From Lama guanicoe (Eukaryota): DNA of 64,000 nucleotides. Below the pieces are notes generated by a model. That model saw nothing but the letters and a program-made list of their open reading frames with translations, did no database searches and had not been told where the DNA came from. The translations under genes and the position numbers were made by a program. This document shows, piece after piece, positions 50,269 through 64,000 of this stretch (the first letter of the stretch is position 1; every line of letters begins with the position of its first letter). The stretch covers positions 1-64,000 of the forward strand of contig MU053504.1 of NCBI GenBank assembly GCA_013239625.1, given 5' to 3'.

Positions 50269-52477
50269 AGAGGGGTGGGGAGATTATCTTCCCTCATTGC
50301 CCTCCTTCCTTCTGGAAACCTTAGATTGGTTCAGCCTGACATCCGACATACCCTCTTCCTCAGAGGCCCCTGGGAAGAAGTCCTGAGCTGATTATAGCTG
50401 CGGGGGTCCCTGTGTTGCTCATGCTCCCTTCCCAGATTCATCCTGGGGACTGGCCAAGCCTGTATTCGCTTGGTCTTGAAAAAGAACTTTCTCTTGAGCC
50501 CAAATGGCAGCCCGTGTGGCAGAGAGAGCACAGGGAGCGAAGTCGGAAGGTTTCTAGGTACGTTTCAGCTCCATCTTCCTTCCTGGTGTCAGTTTCCTTG
50601 ACGATGCCTTCCAGCTCTGCCAGGCTGTGCTTTCCTGGCTTCCCTGCCCAAGGCCAGAATGGGGGCAAGGCCGGGAGCTGGAGGGTTTCCCTCGGCTTTT
50701 GGAAGAGTGGTCCCTGAAGTCTTCAGGCCCTAGGGCTGGCGCGAGGGTCTGTTCCCACACCTGGCTCTCTCCCTCTCATTTGACCGTGACCTCAGCCAGG
50801 CTGGGCTTTGGGGAGGAGGAGAAGGAGCCTGCGCGGGCCCCCTCCCTGCAGAGCCAGCCCCACACACAGCCCCAGGCCAGGCTGCTGCTTCCTGAGCCGA
50901 TGAATTATTACCGGGAGATTTCCTTCCCTGTCTGCGCCTCCTCACAGGGGCTCCCGCTCCCTTCACTTTCGCTTCCCCCCCACCCCCCTTTCTCCCCCTC
51001 TCTTCTGCTCTCCACCCTCAGGCAGCTTGAAATTCCTCTGTCCAGCCCCCTCCCATTCCAGCCCGACCTGGAGGAGCCAAATAGGGCGTGAACTGGGCCC
51101 GGAAGGTGGGGAGGGGGCTCCCTCCCAAGGCGCGTTCATTCATTCGCTCCCGCTCTTAGGGCAGGTCTTGACACAGGGGACCCTGGGAGTAAAATAAAAC
51201 CATGAATGAGACTCAGAGCCTTCTGTAGCCCAGAGGGGAAGGCGAGCTGTAAACAAAGAAATCCTGGACAATGTGGTAGGAGCAAGCCAGGGCCTGGCAT
51301 CAGAGAGACCTGGTTCCGGCTCCAGGTTAGCTGTCTCCTGTCTATTGGAGTCTCAGCTTCCGGCTCTGAATATAGGCGGGTGATAATAGTACTTATTTCT
51401 AGAACTGATGTTGATTCCATGAGTTTATGCCAATATAGCCAGGGCCTGGTGCACAGAGCGCTCAATACCTGAGAGGTGTTGGGGCTTGTGGTGTCAGGGG
51501 CTGGCCCCAGCTGAGGCGCACCCTGCCTAGGAAGGGGCTCAGCCACTTGGACTCCTAGGTCTTGTCCCTGGGAGTGGGGAGGGGGCTCCTGCTTCATGCT
51601 CAGCCTACCCACACAAGAGCCTCAGCTCCTCCCATCCTCTGTTCCTCATCCTTGCTCTCCCTGGAGCCCCTCTCTGCCTAGAACCAACTGTCCCCAGATA
51701 TCCACATAGCGAATTCCCTCACTTCCTTCCCATCTTCCCTAAAATCTCATCTCCTCAGGGAGGTCTTCCCTGACCACTGGGACTGAAATAGCAATGGCCC
51801 CTTCTACCCCAGCACCCTTCTGTCTCTGCCTCTCCCCTGTCCCCTGCTTTACTTCTTTCCACAGTATTTATCATTGTGTTCACTCTTTCATTTATTCATT
51901 TACCTACAAATGTTAATTGAGTACATACTATGTGTGAGGCATGGTTCTGGGTACTGGGAATAAAGCAGTGAACATAGTACATATATATTTGTCTGCTGAC
52001 TGTCTGTCTCTACTAGAATATAAGCTTCACGGGGCAAGGGCTTTGTATTTTGTTCATTGCACTTCCACTTCATCACAATCTTATGAGGTAGGCATTGTTA
52101 TTCCCATTTCACAGATGAAGAAACTGAGATTCCAAGAGGGGAAAGTGACTTGCCTAAAGTTGCACAGCTCAGCTCATTTTCCCCAGGCATGCAGCCTCTC
52201 AGGCAGCCCAGAGGGGTATAAGGGCTAAGTAGGAGTCCCAGGTAAGAGGAGGAGGGTCTTACAGGCTGAGAGAGCAGCAGCTGGCCCCTGCCTTCCTGAC
52301 CAGCACATCCTGGCCTTCAGTCCCACTGAAACACTTAGAGTTCCCCTGAGGCACCAGCTTTGCCCACTCTTTCCACCCCTCCTGGGGTGCCCATCCCTTC
52401 AGATCTGACCAGACAACCCCACTCCTCCACCAGAGTTCAGTGTAGCTTCTCAGCAAACCTGCCCTTTAAAAAAAAAT

Positions 52478-52565
52478 TTTTTTTTTAATGGAGGTACTGG
52501 GGATTCAATCCAGGACCTCGTGCATACTAAGCATGCACTCTACCACTGAGCTATACCCATCCCAC
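52478..52565 (-). mobile_element. tRNA-derived SINE (Vic-1-like)
   Basis: atggaggtactggggattcaatccaggacctcgtgcatactaagcatgcactctaccactgagctataccc. A further truncated head lies at about 44522-44557 (+) in the TCF15 intron. Confidence 0.88.
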
Positions 52566-52696
52566 TCAGTGGAGCTGCTTTGTCTCTCCTCCCCCTCCTT
52601 GGTGCAAAGACTTGTGTTGACACACCATGTTCTGACTTCTCTCCCTGATTCTCCACTCCCATGTCCCTCCTCGCACAGGGCACCCACTCTAACATA

Positions 52697-54240
52697 TTTT
52701 TTAAAGACAATTTTTAAGAGCAATTTTAGGTTTACAACAAAATCGAGAAGTATAGAGATTTCCCCTATACCCCTTGTCCCCACGTATGAATAGCCTCCCT
52801 GTTATGAACACTTCCCACCGGAGTGGTACATGTGTTACAGCTGATGACCTACGCTGACACACCATTATCCCCAGCGTCTGTAGTTTACCTTAGGCTCACT
52901 GTTGGTGAGTTGTACATTCTATGGGTTTAGACAAATGTGTATTGACGTATATCCATCAATATAGTATCATACAGGATATTTTCACTGCCCTAAAATTCCT
53001 CTGTGTTCTACCTGTTCATCGACCACCCTCCACCCTCATCCCTGCAACCACTGATCTTTTTCTTGTCTCCATAGTTTTTGCCTTTACCATATTGTTGGAA
53101 TACTACAGTATGTAGCCTTTTCAGACTGACGTCTTTCACTTAGCAATATGTATTTAAGTTTCCTCCATATCTTTTTATGGCTTGAAAGCTCATTTCTTTT
53201 TAGTGGTGAATAATATTCCATTGTCTATATGTACCACAATTTATTTATCCATTTACCTACTGAAGGATATCTTGGTTGCTTCCAGGTTTTGCAATTATGA
53301 ATAAGGCTGCTATAAAAATGTGCAGGTTTTTGTGTGAACCCAAGTCTTCAAATCTTTTGGATAAATAGCAAAGAATGCAGTTGCTGGATTGTATGGTAAG
53401 AGCATGTTTAGTTTTATAAGAAATCACCAAACTGTCTTCCACAGTGGTTGTACCATTTCACATTCCCACCAGCAATGGATGAGAGTTCCTATTGTTCCAC
53501 GTTCTCATCAGCATTTGATGTGTTGTCAGTGTTCCAGATTTTGGGCATTCTCATAGGTGTGTAGTGGTCTCATTGTTTTAATTTGCATTTCCCTGGTGAC
53601 TTGTGATGCGGAACATCTATTCATATGCTCATTTGCCATCTGTGTGTACCTTCTTCAGTGAGGTGTCTGTTAAGGTCTTTGGCCCATTTTTTAATAGGGT
53701 TGTTTTCTATTGTTAAGCTTTAAGAGTTCTTCATGTATTTTGGGTAACAGTCCTTCATCAGATGTGCCTTCTGCAAATGTTTTCTCCTGGTCTGTGGCTT
53801 GTCTTCTCATTTTCTTGACATTGTCTTTTGCAGAGCAGAAGTTTATAATTTTAATAAAGTCTCATTTCTCAATTATTTTTCTCATGGATCATGTCTTTGG
53901 TGTTGTTTCTAGAAAGTCATTACCATACCCAATGTCATCTAGGTTTTCTCCTATGTTGTTTTCCAGGATTTTTTTGTTTTGTTTTGTGTTTTACATTTAG
54001 GCCTAGGATCTATTTTGAGTTAGTTTTTGTGAAGGGTGTAAGTTCTGTGTCGAGGTTGATGTTCTTGCATGTGGATGTCCACTTGCTCTAGCACCACTGG
54101 TTGATGAGACTATCTTGGCTCAATTGTATTGCCTTTGCTCTTTTGTCAAAGGTCAGTTGACTGTATTTCTGTGGGTCTGTTTCTGGGCTGTCAGTTCTCT
54201 CCCATTGATCTATTTGTCTATTCTTTCACCAACACCACAC
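52697..54240 (-). mobile_element. LINE-1 3' fragment (old L1M-type)
   Basis: Typical antisense L1 ORF2-end/3'UTR phrases (gttgctggattgtatggtaag, cattcccaccagcaatg, ttaatttgcatttccctg). Confidence 0.9.
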
Positions 54241-57200
54241 TGGGGACATTCAAGTTGTCCTGTGAAAAGGCCCACACAGAGAGGAACTGAAGCCCCCAGC
54301 CTATAGCCAGCACCAACTTGGAACCATGTGAGTGAGCTTCCTTGGATGTGGATCCTGGATTCCTGACCCACTGGAATTGTGAAAAATAACAAAGAAAGAA
54401 AGATAAAGAAAAGGAATAATCATTGGTGTAGTAAGCCCCTAAGTCTAGGGTATTTTGTTATGTAACATTAAGTAACTAAAGCAGATGGTGTCAGGGACCC
54501 AGGCTCTGTCTGTCTTTTTGCTCCACCATAGATGGCTTCCACTCCCTAGGTTGTTTCATGGAACAGTATGGCTACTGGAACCATTCTCTCTGAATTCCAA
54601 CTGGTGAAGAGAGAAAGAGGCCGAAGAAGCATGGACATGCTTCATTTGTTGAAGACACTTTTCTGGGAGTTACAGCCTCCCTCCTACTCACATCCTGTTA
54701 GCCTGACTTTGTCACTTGACCACATTTTACCTAAAAGGAGGCTAAGAAATGTGGTCTTTGCTTGCAGGTGGTCTCGCACCCTGCTGAATACTGAGTTTCT
54801 ATTAGTAAAGAAGGGAAGAAGAGATACCAAAACAACCAGTGATGCCTGCCCTGGGTATTATCTCTGGAGCTAATACAGTGTCACATGGTTAAGTCTGAGA
54901 TTCAGGAGCCTGCCTGTGTTCAGCTCTGCCACTTACTATTCGTGTAATCTGGAAAAATTTACTTCTCTGTGCCTCGATTTCCTCATCTGTAATACTGGGG
55001 TTATAATAGAGCCTCCCTGTGGAGAGTTATTGTGAGCATTAAATGGCTCAAAATATGTGGCGTTTCTAATAGTCTTGGCACTTGGTATGTGCTGTGTTAA
55101 GTGTTAGCTGTTTTCATTGTTTAATCTTATAAGAGTCTCAAGGTCCCACAACCAGGAAGTGATAGAAGCAGAATTTGGCCTGATAGCAATTTTGCCCGCT
55201 TGCCTCATCTCATTGAAATTCTTAGAGGGTGAGATCAAGACCCAGGTCAGTACCTGGCACGTAGTCGGCATCCAGAAACATCTGTTGAATGAGTGTGTTA
55301 AATAAACATTTAAACTATCCTTCCATAGAGATGCCAGGTTTTGTTTTGTTTTGTTCTGTTCTGTTCGGGTTAATGAAAAAGCTCCATTGACCCCATGTGG
55401 TTCATCCAGTGTGGAACTCATGCCTTCGATTCCACCATGAGAGCTCAGTCCCTCTAAGGTCCCTCCAGACCATCATTTTTAAGAGTGAATTCCTGGAAAC
55501 TCTGTTTCTGGAAGATGCCCAGAGTTCCATGATAAGAAAGAGTCTGGGAAGCTACATTTTGCATCTGCCTTCTAGAGTTGCAGACATGAGCATATTAAAG
55601 GCTATGAGAAATCCTGCACAAATAAACTCCTTAGGCTTTATTTCAATCTGCATTTTCTAGGCTTCTTTGAGCACAGTCTCTCACCCACAGACCCCAACAC
55701 CACCCTACCCCACACAGACACCCAGTAGAGAATACAGTTTAGCAGACATTTATCCAGCTGTTATCTGTGACATCCTCCTTGGTGCGGGAGTGGGCAGCCC
55801 ATTCTGTCTTGAGAGCACGTTGGAGAGGAGTGAGAGGGGCAGTGAACAGGTAGGCACTGCTTACCAGGCAGAGGTGGGTTGAGAGGGGGGGCTTCCAGGC
55901 ATTTTCCCAGAGCCCCACTCTCTACAGGACATGAAAACATCATTAGAAATGTAACATGTTACATACAGTGTTTCCTTGGCACTTCCGTCAGGGGAAGAAC
56001 AATGAAAATGGAAAGAATAATATTATTGAGGGATTATTATATGTCTGGCACTCTTCTAAGCACTTGCATGTATTTTCTTATCTAATCCTCAGAGCAGCCC
56101 TATCAGCTAAGCACTATTCACATTCCCATTTAACAGATGAGTAGACTAAGGAATAGAGAGGTTAAGTAGCTTGCCTATGGCCACACAGCTAGGGAGTAGA
56201 TAGAAATTCTTTGGTAAGTTGCTTATGATGGGGATGAGGAGGGAAGAGCCCCTCTCCAAGGTAGTTTAAACTCAGATGCTCACAAAACTCCACCCCAGGG
56301 AGAGTAGGCTTGTTAATTTCAGTGTTCTGATTTTGTGGAGCAAGGGATGCAAATTTGGGGCAGGGTGGAATTGCTCACTGATAGAGTGGAGGCAGCTGCT
56401 GCTATGCCTCCTCAGCCTCATTCCTCTAAGAAAATATGGGTCTGATGTTTAAAGACTATTAAGTTGAAGGAAGTCCTAAATAATTTGGTTTGCCCAGGTA
56501 CCCATCTGGCTCAAGTTGGCCCTAATACCAGTATCAGGTGAGACAGAATCATCAGGATGATGTGGAAGTTCAAGACTTGCTAAATGAAACCACCATTTAA
56601 TGAGTCCTTTGAAAATTCAAGGAGTCCTGTTGAAAATCCTTAAGGCGGATTGTCAGGGGCAGGGGACCCATCCCCAGCTCAGCTGCTGACTGTGCCTGTG
56701 GGCAATGCTCTTCCCCTCTGCTGGCTATACGCTGTTTGTGTGTGTGGAGGGGGTGGATGTGCAAGTTGTGGGGTAGGCAAGAGAACTTTAACATTGGCAG
56801 ATCCTGGTCCCCCCAGTTCCGAGTTTGGTAGCCTGGCCCAAATAATAGGATATTAGAGAAGAGTGAAATTAGAGATCCAGTGCAGTCCGGAAAGGCTTCC
56901 TGAGGGAAGTAGCCTGGATCAAGTTTAGGGGGTCTCAGCTACTTTAAATAAGGGAGTTCCATGATGAAACTGTGTTTTAGTCTAACCTCAATTGTCAATG
57001 GTGATGCTGGCACAACAGGTGCATTTGTGGATTGTCTCCTGGGTTAGCATGCAGACTCCTATCTGCTTACACAATAGCCACTCCCTCCCTAGCAACAGAA
57101 CCTCCATTTGTCTAGGGCAGCAATGGGCCTCATACTCCCCTTCTCAGGCCTTATTGTAGTTATGGGTGGCCATATGGCTCATTCTTGCCAATGAGATGAA

Positions 57201-57784
57201 GATAGGAAATGTTCCTAGGGAGGGCCTGCTTCCTCAAATGAAATGAGGGAGTGTTCCTAGAAGGTTTTATCCTTTACCCTTTACTTCCTGCCTGGAACAA
57301 AGATGCAATTCCTGGAGGTATGGCAGCCAGCTTGGTGCCATGAGGACAAAGGTCACATGCTTAGGATGGCAAAGTGAAAAGCCAAAGTAGCTGGGTCATT
57401 GATAATTTCCTTGAGCAGTCACACTAATCCTTAATCTCTTGAAAAAAAAAATCCTGTTTGGTAAAGCAACTATATTGGATTTCTTTTACATGCAGCCAAA
57501 TGTAAGCTGTTATCAATACACCTGGATCTCATAATGAATGATGCTCATACCATTACCATCTGTGCTGCTCTGTGTACCAGGCACTGAACAGCAGCTTCAC
57601 ACCCACCGTCTCATTTCATCCTCACTATCCTTGGAGGCGGGGTCTGTAATTACTACCATGTTACAGAAAGAGAAATGAGGGCTCTGAGGAGTTAAGAAAC
57701 TTGTTCACACTTGCCCAGCTATGAGAGGGGCAGAGTCAAGATTTGGACATGGGTCTCTAATTTTCTTAAGTCTGTGTTAGTAGC

Positions 57785-58320
57785 TGTGGTGGTTTGAAAA
57801 CCTGACCCTCCAGTCTTCTCGTCAAGAGCTGGGGTCTATGTCCCCACCCCTTGAGCCTAGACAGGTTTGTGGCTGCTTTGACCAGTTAAATTTGACGGAA
57901 GTGACCCTCTGTGACTTCTGAAGCAGGGTCAGAAAAGGTGATGCAGCCTCTGCCTTGCTCACTGGAACCTTCTCACTGAGAGCTCAGAGTTGCCATGTGC
58001 CAAGTTTGGATGCCTTGAGACCGCCATGCTGTGAGGAGTCCCAGGCCACGTGAAGGTGCTTCTGATTGGTGATACTTTTCTTCTCTGGCTCCCAGCCCAG
58101 AAGACATATGTGTGGGTGAAGATGTCTTCATAGGATTCCATCCCCTTTTGAGTCTTCCCAGGTGAAGCCTCAGACATTCTGGAGCAGCGACAAGTGTTCC
58201 CTGCTGGGCCCATCATTGTTACTCCTGAGCTCCAGAATCTTCGAGCATAAGAAAATGGTTGTTTTAAGACACCAACTTGTTGGGTAATTTGTCTCACAGC
58301 AATGCTAATTGTCACTGTAG
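57785..58320. mobile_element. MaLR (MLT1-like) LTR
   Basis: MLT1-type motifs and similarity to the 60.7-61.9 kb copy. Other MLT-like pieces lie at about 23240-23830, 32560-33080 and 57050-57500. Confidence 0.65.
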
Positions 58321-58399
58321 CTCACTGCAAAGTCCCCCAAATATTATCTTCACACCTGAAAGTACCAAAACCCTGAAAATCAAATTGATTCTTTATTAT

Positions 58400-59010
58400 T
58401 TGCTGTTATATTCTGGAAAGTTACCACCAACACTGAATTAGCAAATACTGAACACATCACTCCTAGGGAAGAATACTTAGTTTCCTGCCAGCCTCTAGTC
58501 ATACTGTCATCAACTGATCAATACATAACCTCATTTTATATGTGTTTCTGTTTAAGGATACCTTATTCAATATATACTGTTGATTCTTTCACATGAAAAT
58601 TATGGACAACAGCATTGTAAGTCACACTTGAACAAAGCTTATCTAAAACATGTGTTTTCTCCATAAGACCCATCACAGCCCTCTTGAGCTCAGGAACACT
58701 GGACAGCACTTCAGCACCACACTTCGGGCCATTTTAAACCGTGAAGCAACCAACAAAAAGCCCAAACAGGTGCAAAGCATGGCACTAAATAGACCACAAA
58801 CAGGCCACTTCTTTATAGCACAAGAGTGGAAATGAAAAGGCAGCATGTCAGCTTGATCCACCTCAGCTGGGAATGTGTGTGTGACTCCGAATTCTTCTTC
58901 ACTCTGCACACATCCATGAGTGACCATGAGACCTCCGGAGAGTGTTCGTTTTGGGGTTACAAGTACATTGTACAGAGCAGGCGAACTCACAAAGATGGAA
59001 TCTTCAAACA
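58400..59010. mobile_element. Tigger-like DNA transposon remnant
   Basis: caacactgaattagcaaatactgaac..cctcagctgggaatgtg..ttttggggttac motifs typical of Tigger derivatives. Confidence 0.6.
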
Positions 59011-60999
59011 ATTATTTTATAAGTTCCGGGCTCGCAGTCCTGATGAATAATTGTAGAAAGTGAGGCTGGAACAGGGAAAGGCAAGTCCCAAGAGCCTCGC
59101 TTTTCTCATTTGTCAGATGTCGGTGATGATGAAACCCCATTGGGTTTGTGGAGGGAAGGCGGGTAGTAATAACCACAACAACTACTGTTTATTGAGGGCT
59201 ACATGGTGAACCCTTGATGTGTCTGATCACACTGACTCCTCACAACCATCCTCTGAGATGGATCCTTTTATGAAGTCCATTTTACAGATGAGGAGACTCA
59301 GACCCAGCAAGGTTTTTGCCCAAGATCTTGCAAACTAGAACAGGCATAGCTGGATGTCAGGCCCGTTTCTGTCCCTGCTCCATGTCCACATTCTCTCCCA
59401 CCTTACTGCAGACTGCTTTATGAGCAAGTTTATAAGATGCCTGGCATGTAGTATGCTCTCAGTAAGTAGGCATTCTGCTGCTGATGGGGTCTGGGACTTT
59501 GGATGCAGTTCTGCAGAGGGAGGGGGGAAGCTGAGCCCTGGGGCAGGGGTGGGGCTGGAGGGGGAGCTTAGGAGCTGTTGAGGAAGGAAGGGAGTCTGTG
59601 GGGTGGGCAGGCAGGGCGGGCAGCTGGGAGGATCTTGAATCAGACCCCGCGGTCCCCTCCCACAGAGGGTTAAAGCAGCCGGTCTCCTTCCGGCTGAGCG
59701 GAAATCAGATTTTGAGAGCTGAGCAGGGCTCCAGAGGGATGTTTTTCTTCTCCATTTGTCTGCTGTGGCTGGCCCGTAAAATCTACCGGAACTCCATGCT
59801 GGACGGAGGAATTCCTGCTGAATGGGGATGTGGAGAGTGCAGGCTGTGGGGAGCCCTTATCAGGGCAGCGACCACCCTTATCTTCAAGCCTCTCTTTCTG
59901 GATCAGGTGACCCCCTCTGGAGGCCTCACAAGATTACTTGGATGGGGCCCATCCCCCATCCAAGAAGTGACACCGCCTCCCCCAAGTTTAACTTGGGGTG
60001 TGAGGAGTAAGAGCAGACAGGGAGAGGTAAGGCTGTGGCAGGTCAAGAGGTTGTGACCCTAGTCCTCGCCTGTGATGCTGGGTGGCATTGGGTGGATCTC
60101 TGCTCGGTTCCTCGTCTGAGTACCCAGGGAGTCTGAGCGAGCTGACCATCACCTGTGACTTCCCAGTCAGAGCTGACTGTTTCAGGTTCTTTCTATTTAG
60201 TAGGTGCCCTGCATGCATTTCCTCCCCTGAAGGTGGTGCATTTATTATCACTCCTATTTTACAATAAACTGAGGCTCAGAGAGGCAAGGTGGCCTGCCCA
60301 GTGTCGCCCACTAGGAGTGGAGGAGCAAGACTCAAACCCAGACCTCAACTCTCTCTCCTGCCTCCCAAAATGAGCATTCCTAATTCTCCGCCTGGTGTGC
60401 ACTCTCCCATTTCTCTTGGTTGACACCCTCACTCTTTAAGAGTCAGCTCATGTATTACCTCCTCCAGGAAGCCCACCCTGATTAGCCAAGCTGGGCTCTT
60501 CTGTGGCTGCCTACACCACTGAGAGGTAACTGTTTTGGTCTCTGGGCTGTGAGCCCTGGGTGAGCAAAACCATTTCTACTGTGGCTCCTCCCTGTGCCTC
60601 CTGCATCAGCCAACACAAGGAACTTCCATTTTGCCTTGGAGATGCTAAGTGTTGGTAGTGATTTTAGAATATGGCCCCACTGAGAGGTGGGAGTCCACAT
60701 CTTTTCCACCTGAGCCTAGGTGGGTTTGTGACTGCTTTAGCCAACAGGGATGGCAGAAGTGACTCTGTGTGACTTTCAAGGCTGGGTTACAAAAGATGAT
60801 GTAGCTTCAGCTTGTTCACTGGAACACCCATTCTTGGGGCCCTGAGCTGTTGTGTAAGTCCAGATACTCTGAGGCCACCACACTATGAGGAAGCCCCGGA
60901 CACATGGAGAGGTCACAGGCAGGTGTTCCTGCTGGCAGTCCTAGTCTTCAAGTCATCCCAGTCCAGGGACCTCCAGACGATAATAGCCCTCATTTGTTT

Positions 61000-61484
61000 T
61001 ATTATTGTTTTAATTTTTAAATTTTTAATTGAAGTATAGTTAATTTACAATGTTATGTTAGTTTCTGGTGTACAGCCTAGTGATTCAGTTATACATATAT
61101 ACATTCTTTTTCATATTCTTTTTCATAATAGGTTACTACAAGATATTGAATATAGTTCCCTGTGCTGTACAGTAGGACCTTGTTGTTTATCTATTCTATA
61201 TATAGTAGTTTGTATCTGTAAATTCCAAACTTCCAACTTATCCCTCCCCACCCCCGTTTCCTCTTGGTAACCACAAGTTTGTTTTCTATGTCTGTGAATC
61301 TCTTTCGGTTTTGTAAATGAGTTCATTTGTGCTTTTTTTTTTTCAGATTCCACATGAAGTGATATCATGTGGTATTTGTCTTTCTTTGTCTGGTTTACTT
61401 CACTTAGTATGATAATCTCTAGGTCCATCCATATTGCTACAAATGGCATTATTTCATTCTTTTTTATAACTGAGTGGTATTCCA

Positions 61485-61530
<46 letters not shown>

Positions 61531-61728
61531 CACAACTCCCTTATCCAGTCATCTGTCAGTGGACGTTTAGGTTGTTTCCGTGTCTTGGCTATTGTAAATA
61601 GCACTGCTATGAACATTGGGGTGCATGTATCTTTTTGAATTAGAGTTCCCTCAGGATACATACCCAAGAGTGGAGTTGCTGGATCATAGAGTAAGTCTAT
61701 TGTGAGTTTTTAAAGGAATCTCCATAAT
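61000..61728 (-). mobile_element. Younger LINE-1 3' fragment inserted into a MaLR LTR
   Basis: The minus frame encodes the L1 ORF2 C-terminus (KDTCTPMFIAVLFTIAK; IKKNEIMPFVAIWMDLEIIILSEV). Flanked by cctca(t/g)ttgttt at 60988-60999 and 61729-61740. Confidence 0.9.
61486..61527. repeat. Compound (TG)n(TA)n microsatellite within L1
   Basis: Directly visible. Confidence 0.95.
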
Positions 61729-64000
61729 CCTCAGTTGTTTATTCCTCTCTGGCCTTTGAGTTTTCCCAGCTGAGGCTCAAGATACCATGCAGCAGAGACA
61801 AGCCGTCCTCACCATGCCAGGTCTGAATTCATGAGCATCATAAAATAGTAGTTGCCTGAAGCCACTGAGTTCTGGGACAGTTAATTCTGCAGCAGTGGTC
61901 ACTGAAATAGTGCTACTGTGTTGGGCAAGTCAGCTCTGTTTCTTGCCAGGATCATTGCAATGCTCTCCTCAGGGGCTCCCTGGTTCCTCCCTCCCCTCTG
62001 CAGTGCGCCCTTGACACAGCAGCCAGAGAAGTCCTATAATGCACAAATCAGATGTGGCCTCCTCTGCTTGGCTCCTCCCTTGGCTCCCAGCTCACTCAGA
62101 ATCCATACGATGGCCCCAGGCCCTAGGTGATCTGTCCCCTCCCTCACTCTCTGACCTGTCTGTCCTCCCTCCTACCCTTTCCCCTCCCTGACATCTCTCC
62201 AGACACTCCACCTCAGGACCTCTGCACTTGCTGTGGACAGGGTTCCACCACCTGGAACACTTCCTCCGGGTGTTGCCTTGTGCAGTTCTCTGCTTAGATG
62301 TGACCTTCTCCATGAGGCCTGCCCTATTTAATATCATAACCTTCCTTCCCCTCTCCCAAACCACTGGCCTTGCTCTCTTTTTTATTTGGCCATGCTTCTT
62401 CTAACTGGCAAACATACTATCCATTTTACTTTTGTGTGTTTTTTATTTATTGTCTTTTCGCCACCCCAAACTATCAACACTCTAGGGCAGGGATCTGTTT
62501 ATTCATGAACGTATCCCCAGTGACTAAAATTGTAGCTACCATGTGATAGTGATTTGTTGAGTGAATGAATGAGGTGCAGGACCCCCGATGTGGGGCTCTC
62601 CAGGTGGGGAAGCAGACGGAGCTCAGGAAAGAGCAGGAGTAGAGAGGCCAGGTTGAGCTAGTGTGGTCAGGGCAGGAGGACAGTCCATGGGAGTGACAGC
62701 TCGCCGCCCATCTTGCCGCCCGTCTGGGGAGCCCTGAGGATGCCAGAGCCCTGGGCAAGGCTTTGAAGATGCAAACATGGGGCGTCTCCCGGGCCTCCCT
62801 CCTTCCTGGTCTGGTGTACCTCCGGCCCTGCTGGTAAACAGGATCTCTGGGCAACTGCCTGCCCAGCGCCCCAGAGACCTTGACTTGCTCCTTCCTGCGC
62901 TGTAAATCGGGTCCCTTCCAGCTGTGACGTCCTGGACACTGCTGGGGGAGGTGAGGCGGGGCCAACTGTTGCCAAGTGCTGTGTGTGGCCTTGAGCAGGG
63001 CACTGCCCCTCAATTTTCTCGTTGGCAAAATGGAAACGATAGAAGGATGGAATTCAAAGTGTGACTGTGAAGTCGAATGAGATGATGGTATGAAAGTCCC
63101 ACGTCACAGAGGTGCTCCCCCAACCATTTAGTGGGTAGATGCTCAGGGACCAAATCCCAGCTCCGCCATTGAACTCAGTCTCCTCACCTGTAAAATGGGG
63201 TTAAATGAGCCACTAACTTCTAGGGTTGTTGAGAGATTCAAAATGTGGAGGAAATTCTTAGCACCCAGTAGACATGTTATAGTTGTAAGCCATTCGGTAA
63301 ACATGCAATAGTTATTAGCTGTTATGAATGGTAATCAGTCTAATAATGATAGAGAATAGAATGTCATTGAGAAGCCATTTGAGAACCGAGAAGCCTTGGT
63401 GCACAGCCCAGAGAGGACCGTGGACTTGACACAGCACTGCTTTAGCCATGTGACTTTGTGTCCAACCTGGGAGTGGAGTGTGGAGAGTTCAAATCCAGGC
63501 CCCACCACTCCCCAGCTATGGAAACATAGACATGTTATTTAATTGCTCTAGGGCTCAGTTTCCTCATCTGAGAAAGAATAATCATAGTGCCTCTTACAGT
63601 TGCCATGAGAATTGAGTGAGTTAAAATGTGCCCAGTACCGGGCCCTGCGGCTGACACTTAGCCAGCGGACCATACAGGACAGTGTTACTCTGTTCATCCT
63701 ACCAATGGGTAAATTGAGGCTCAGCCAGAAGAATGCACTGAGCCAAGTTATCAGTGTGATGTTTATTGGGGCCGAGTTGGGATTAGCTTCATTACAACAT
63801 TAGAAACTCCAACCAGTGAACTCATTATTTATGACATATCCCCTTTAATCCCCTAGGGATTTTTTTCAGTTAAGGGGGAGTCCATGCCAACAACATTAGA
63901 AAAATAGATAAGAGGAAAAGTCCACCTTGAGAAAATCCCATCCATGAACTTTTTTTCATAGAGCTGGGGAAACACTGAGTCTTGGTATTAAAAGGTTTTG

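Larger units (their letters stand above)
60655..61910. mobile_element. MaLR (MLT1-like) LTR split by the L1
   Basis: Both halves resemble the uninterrupted copy at about 57785-58320 (shared ggtttgtg.ctgcttt, gaagtgac.ct.tgtgactt and cttg.tcactggaac motifs). Confidence 0.7.

Overview
Mammalian genomic DNA, most likely a camelid: there are at least 7 copies of a tRNA-derived SINE of the camelid Vic-1 type. The only intact protein-coding gene I can support is TCF15 (paraxis, bHLH) on the minus strand. It has two coding exons (49108-48590 and 44099-44025, 197 aa), a TATA/CCAAT/GC-box promoter in a CpG island, and an AATAAA at 43673-43678. The main find is in the apparently intergenic left half. 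Between about 3.2 and 26.7 kb on the + strand lie heavily decayed remnants of a multi-exon fibrillar collagen gene, in the correct order. They comprise an N-terminal TSPN/laminin-G-like domain, about 20 Gly-X-Y exon relics (some 45 or 63 bp with splice signals) and a short COLFI C-propeptide. The motifs best match clade C collagens (COL24A1/COL27A1), whose known human genes lie on other chromosomes, so this looks like a unitary pseudogene of a lost collagen paralogue. Comparisons to COL24A1/COL27A1 were made by eye against sequences recalled from memory and need computational confirmation. The rest is MIR/L2/L1/LTR/DNA-transposon debris, simple repeats and a 322-N gap. Repeat boundaries and subfamily names are approximate.
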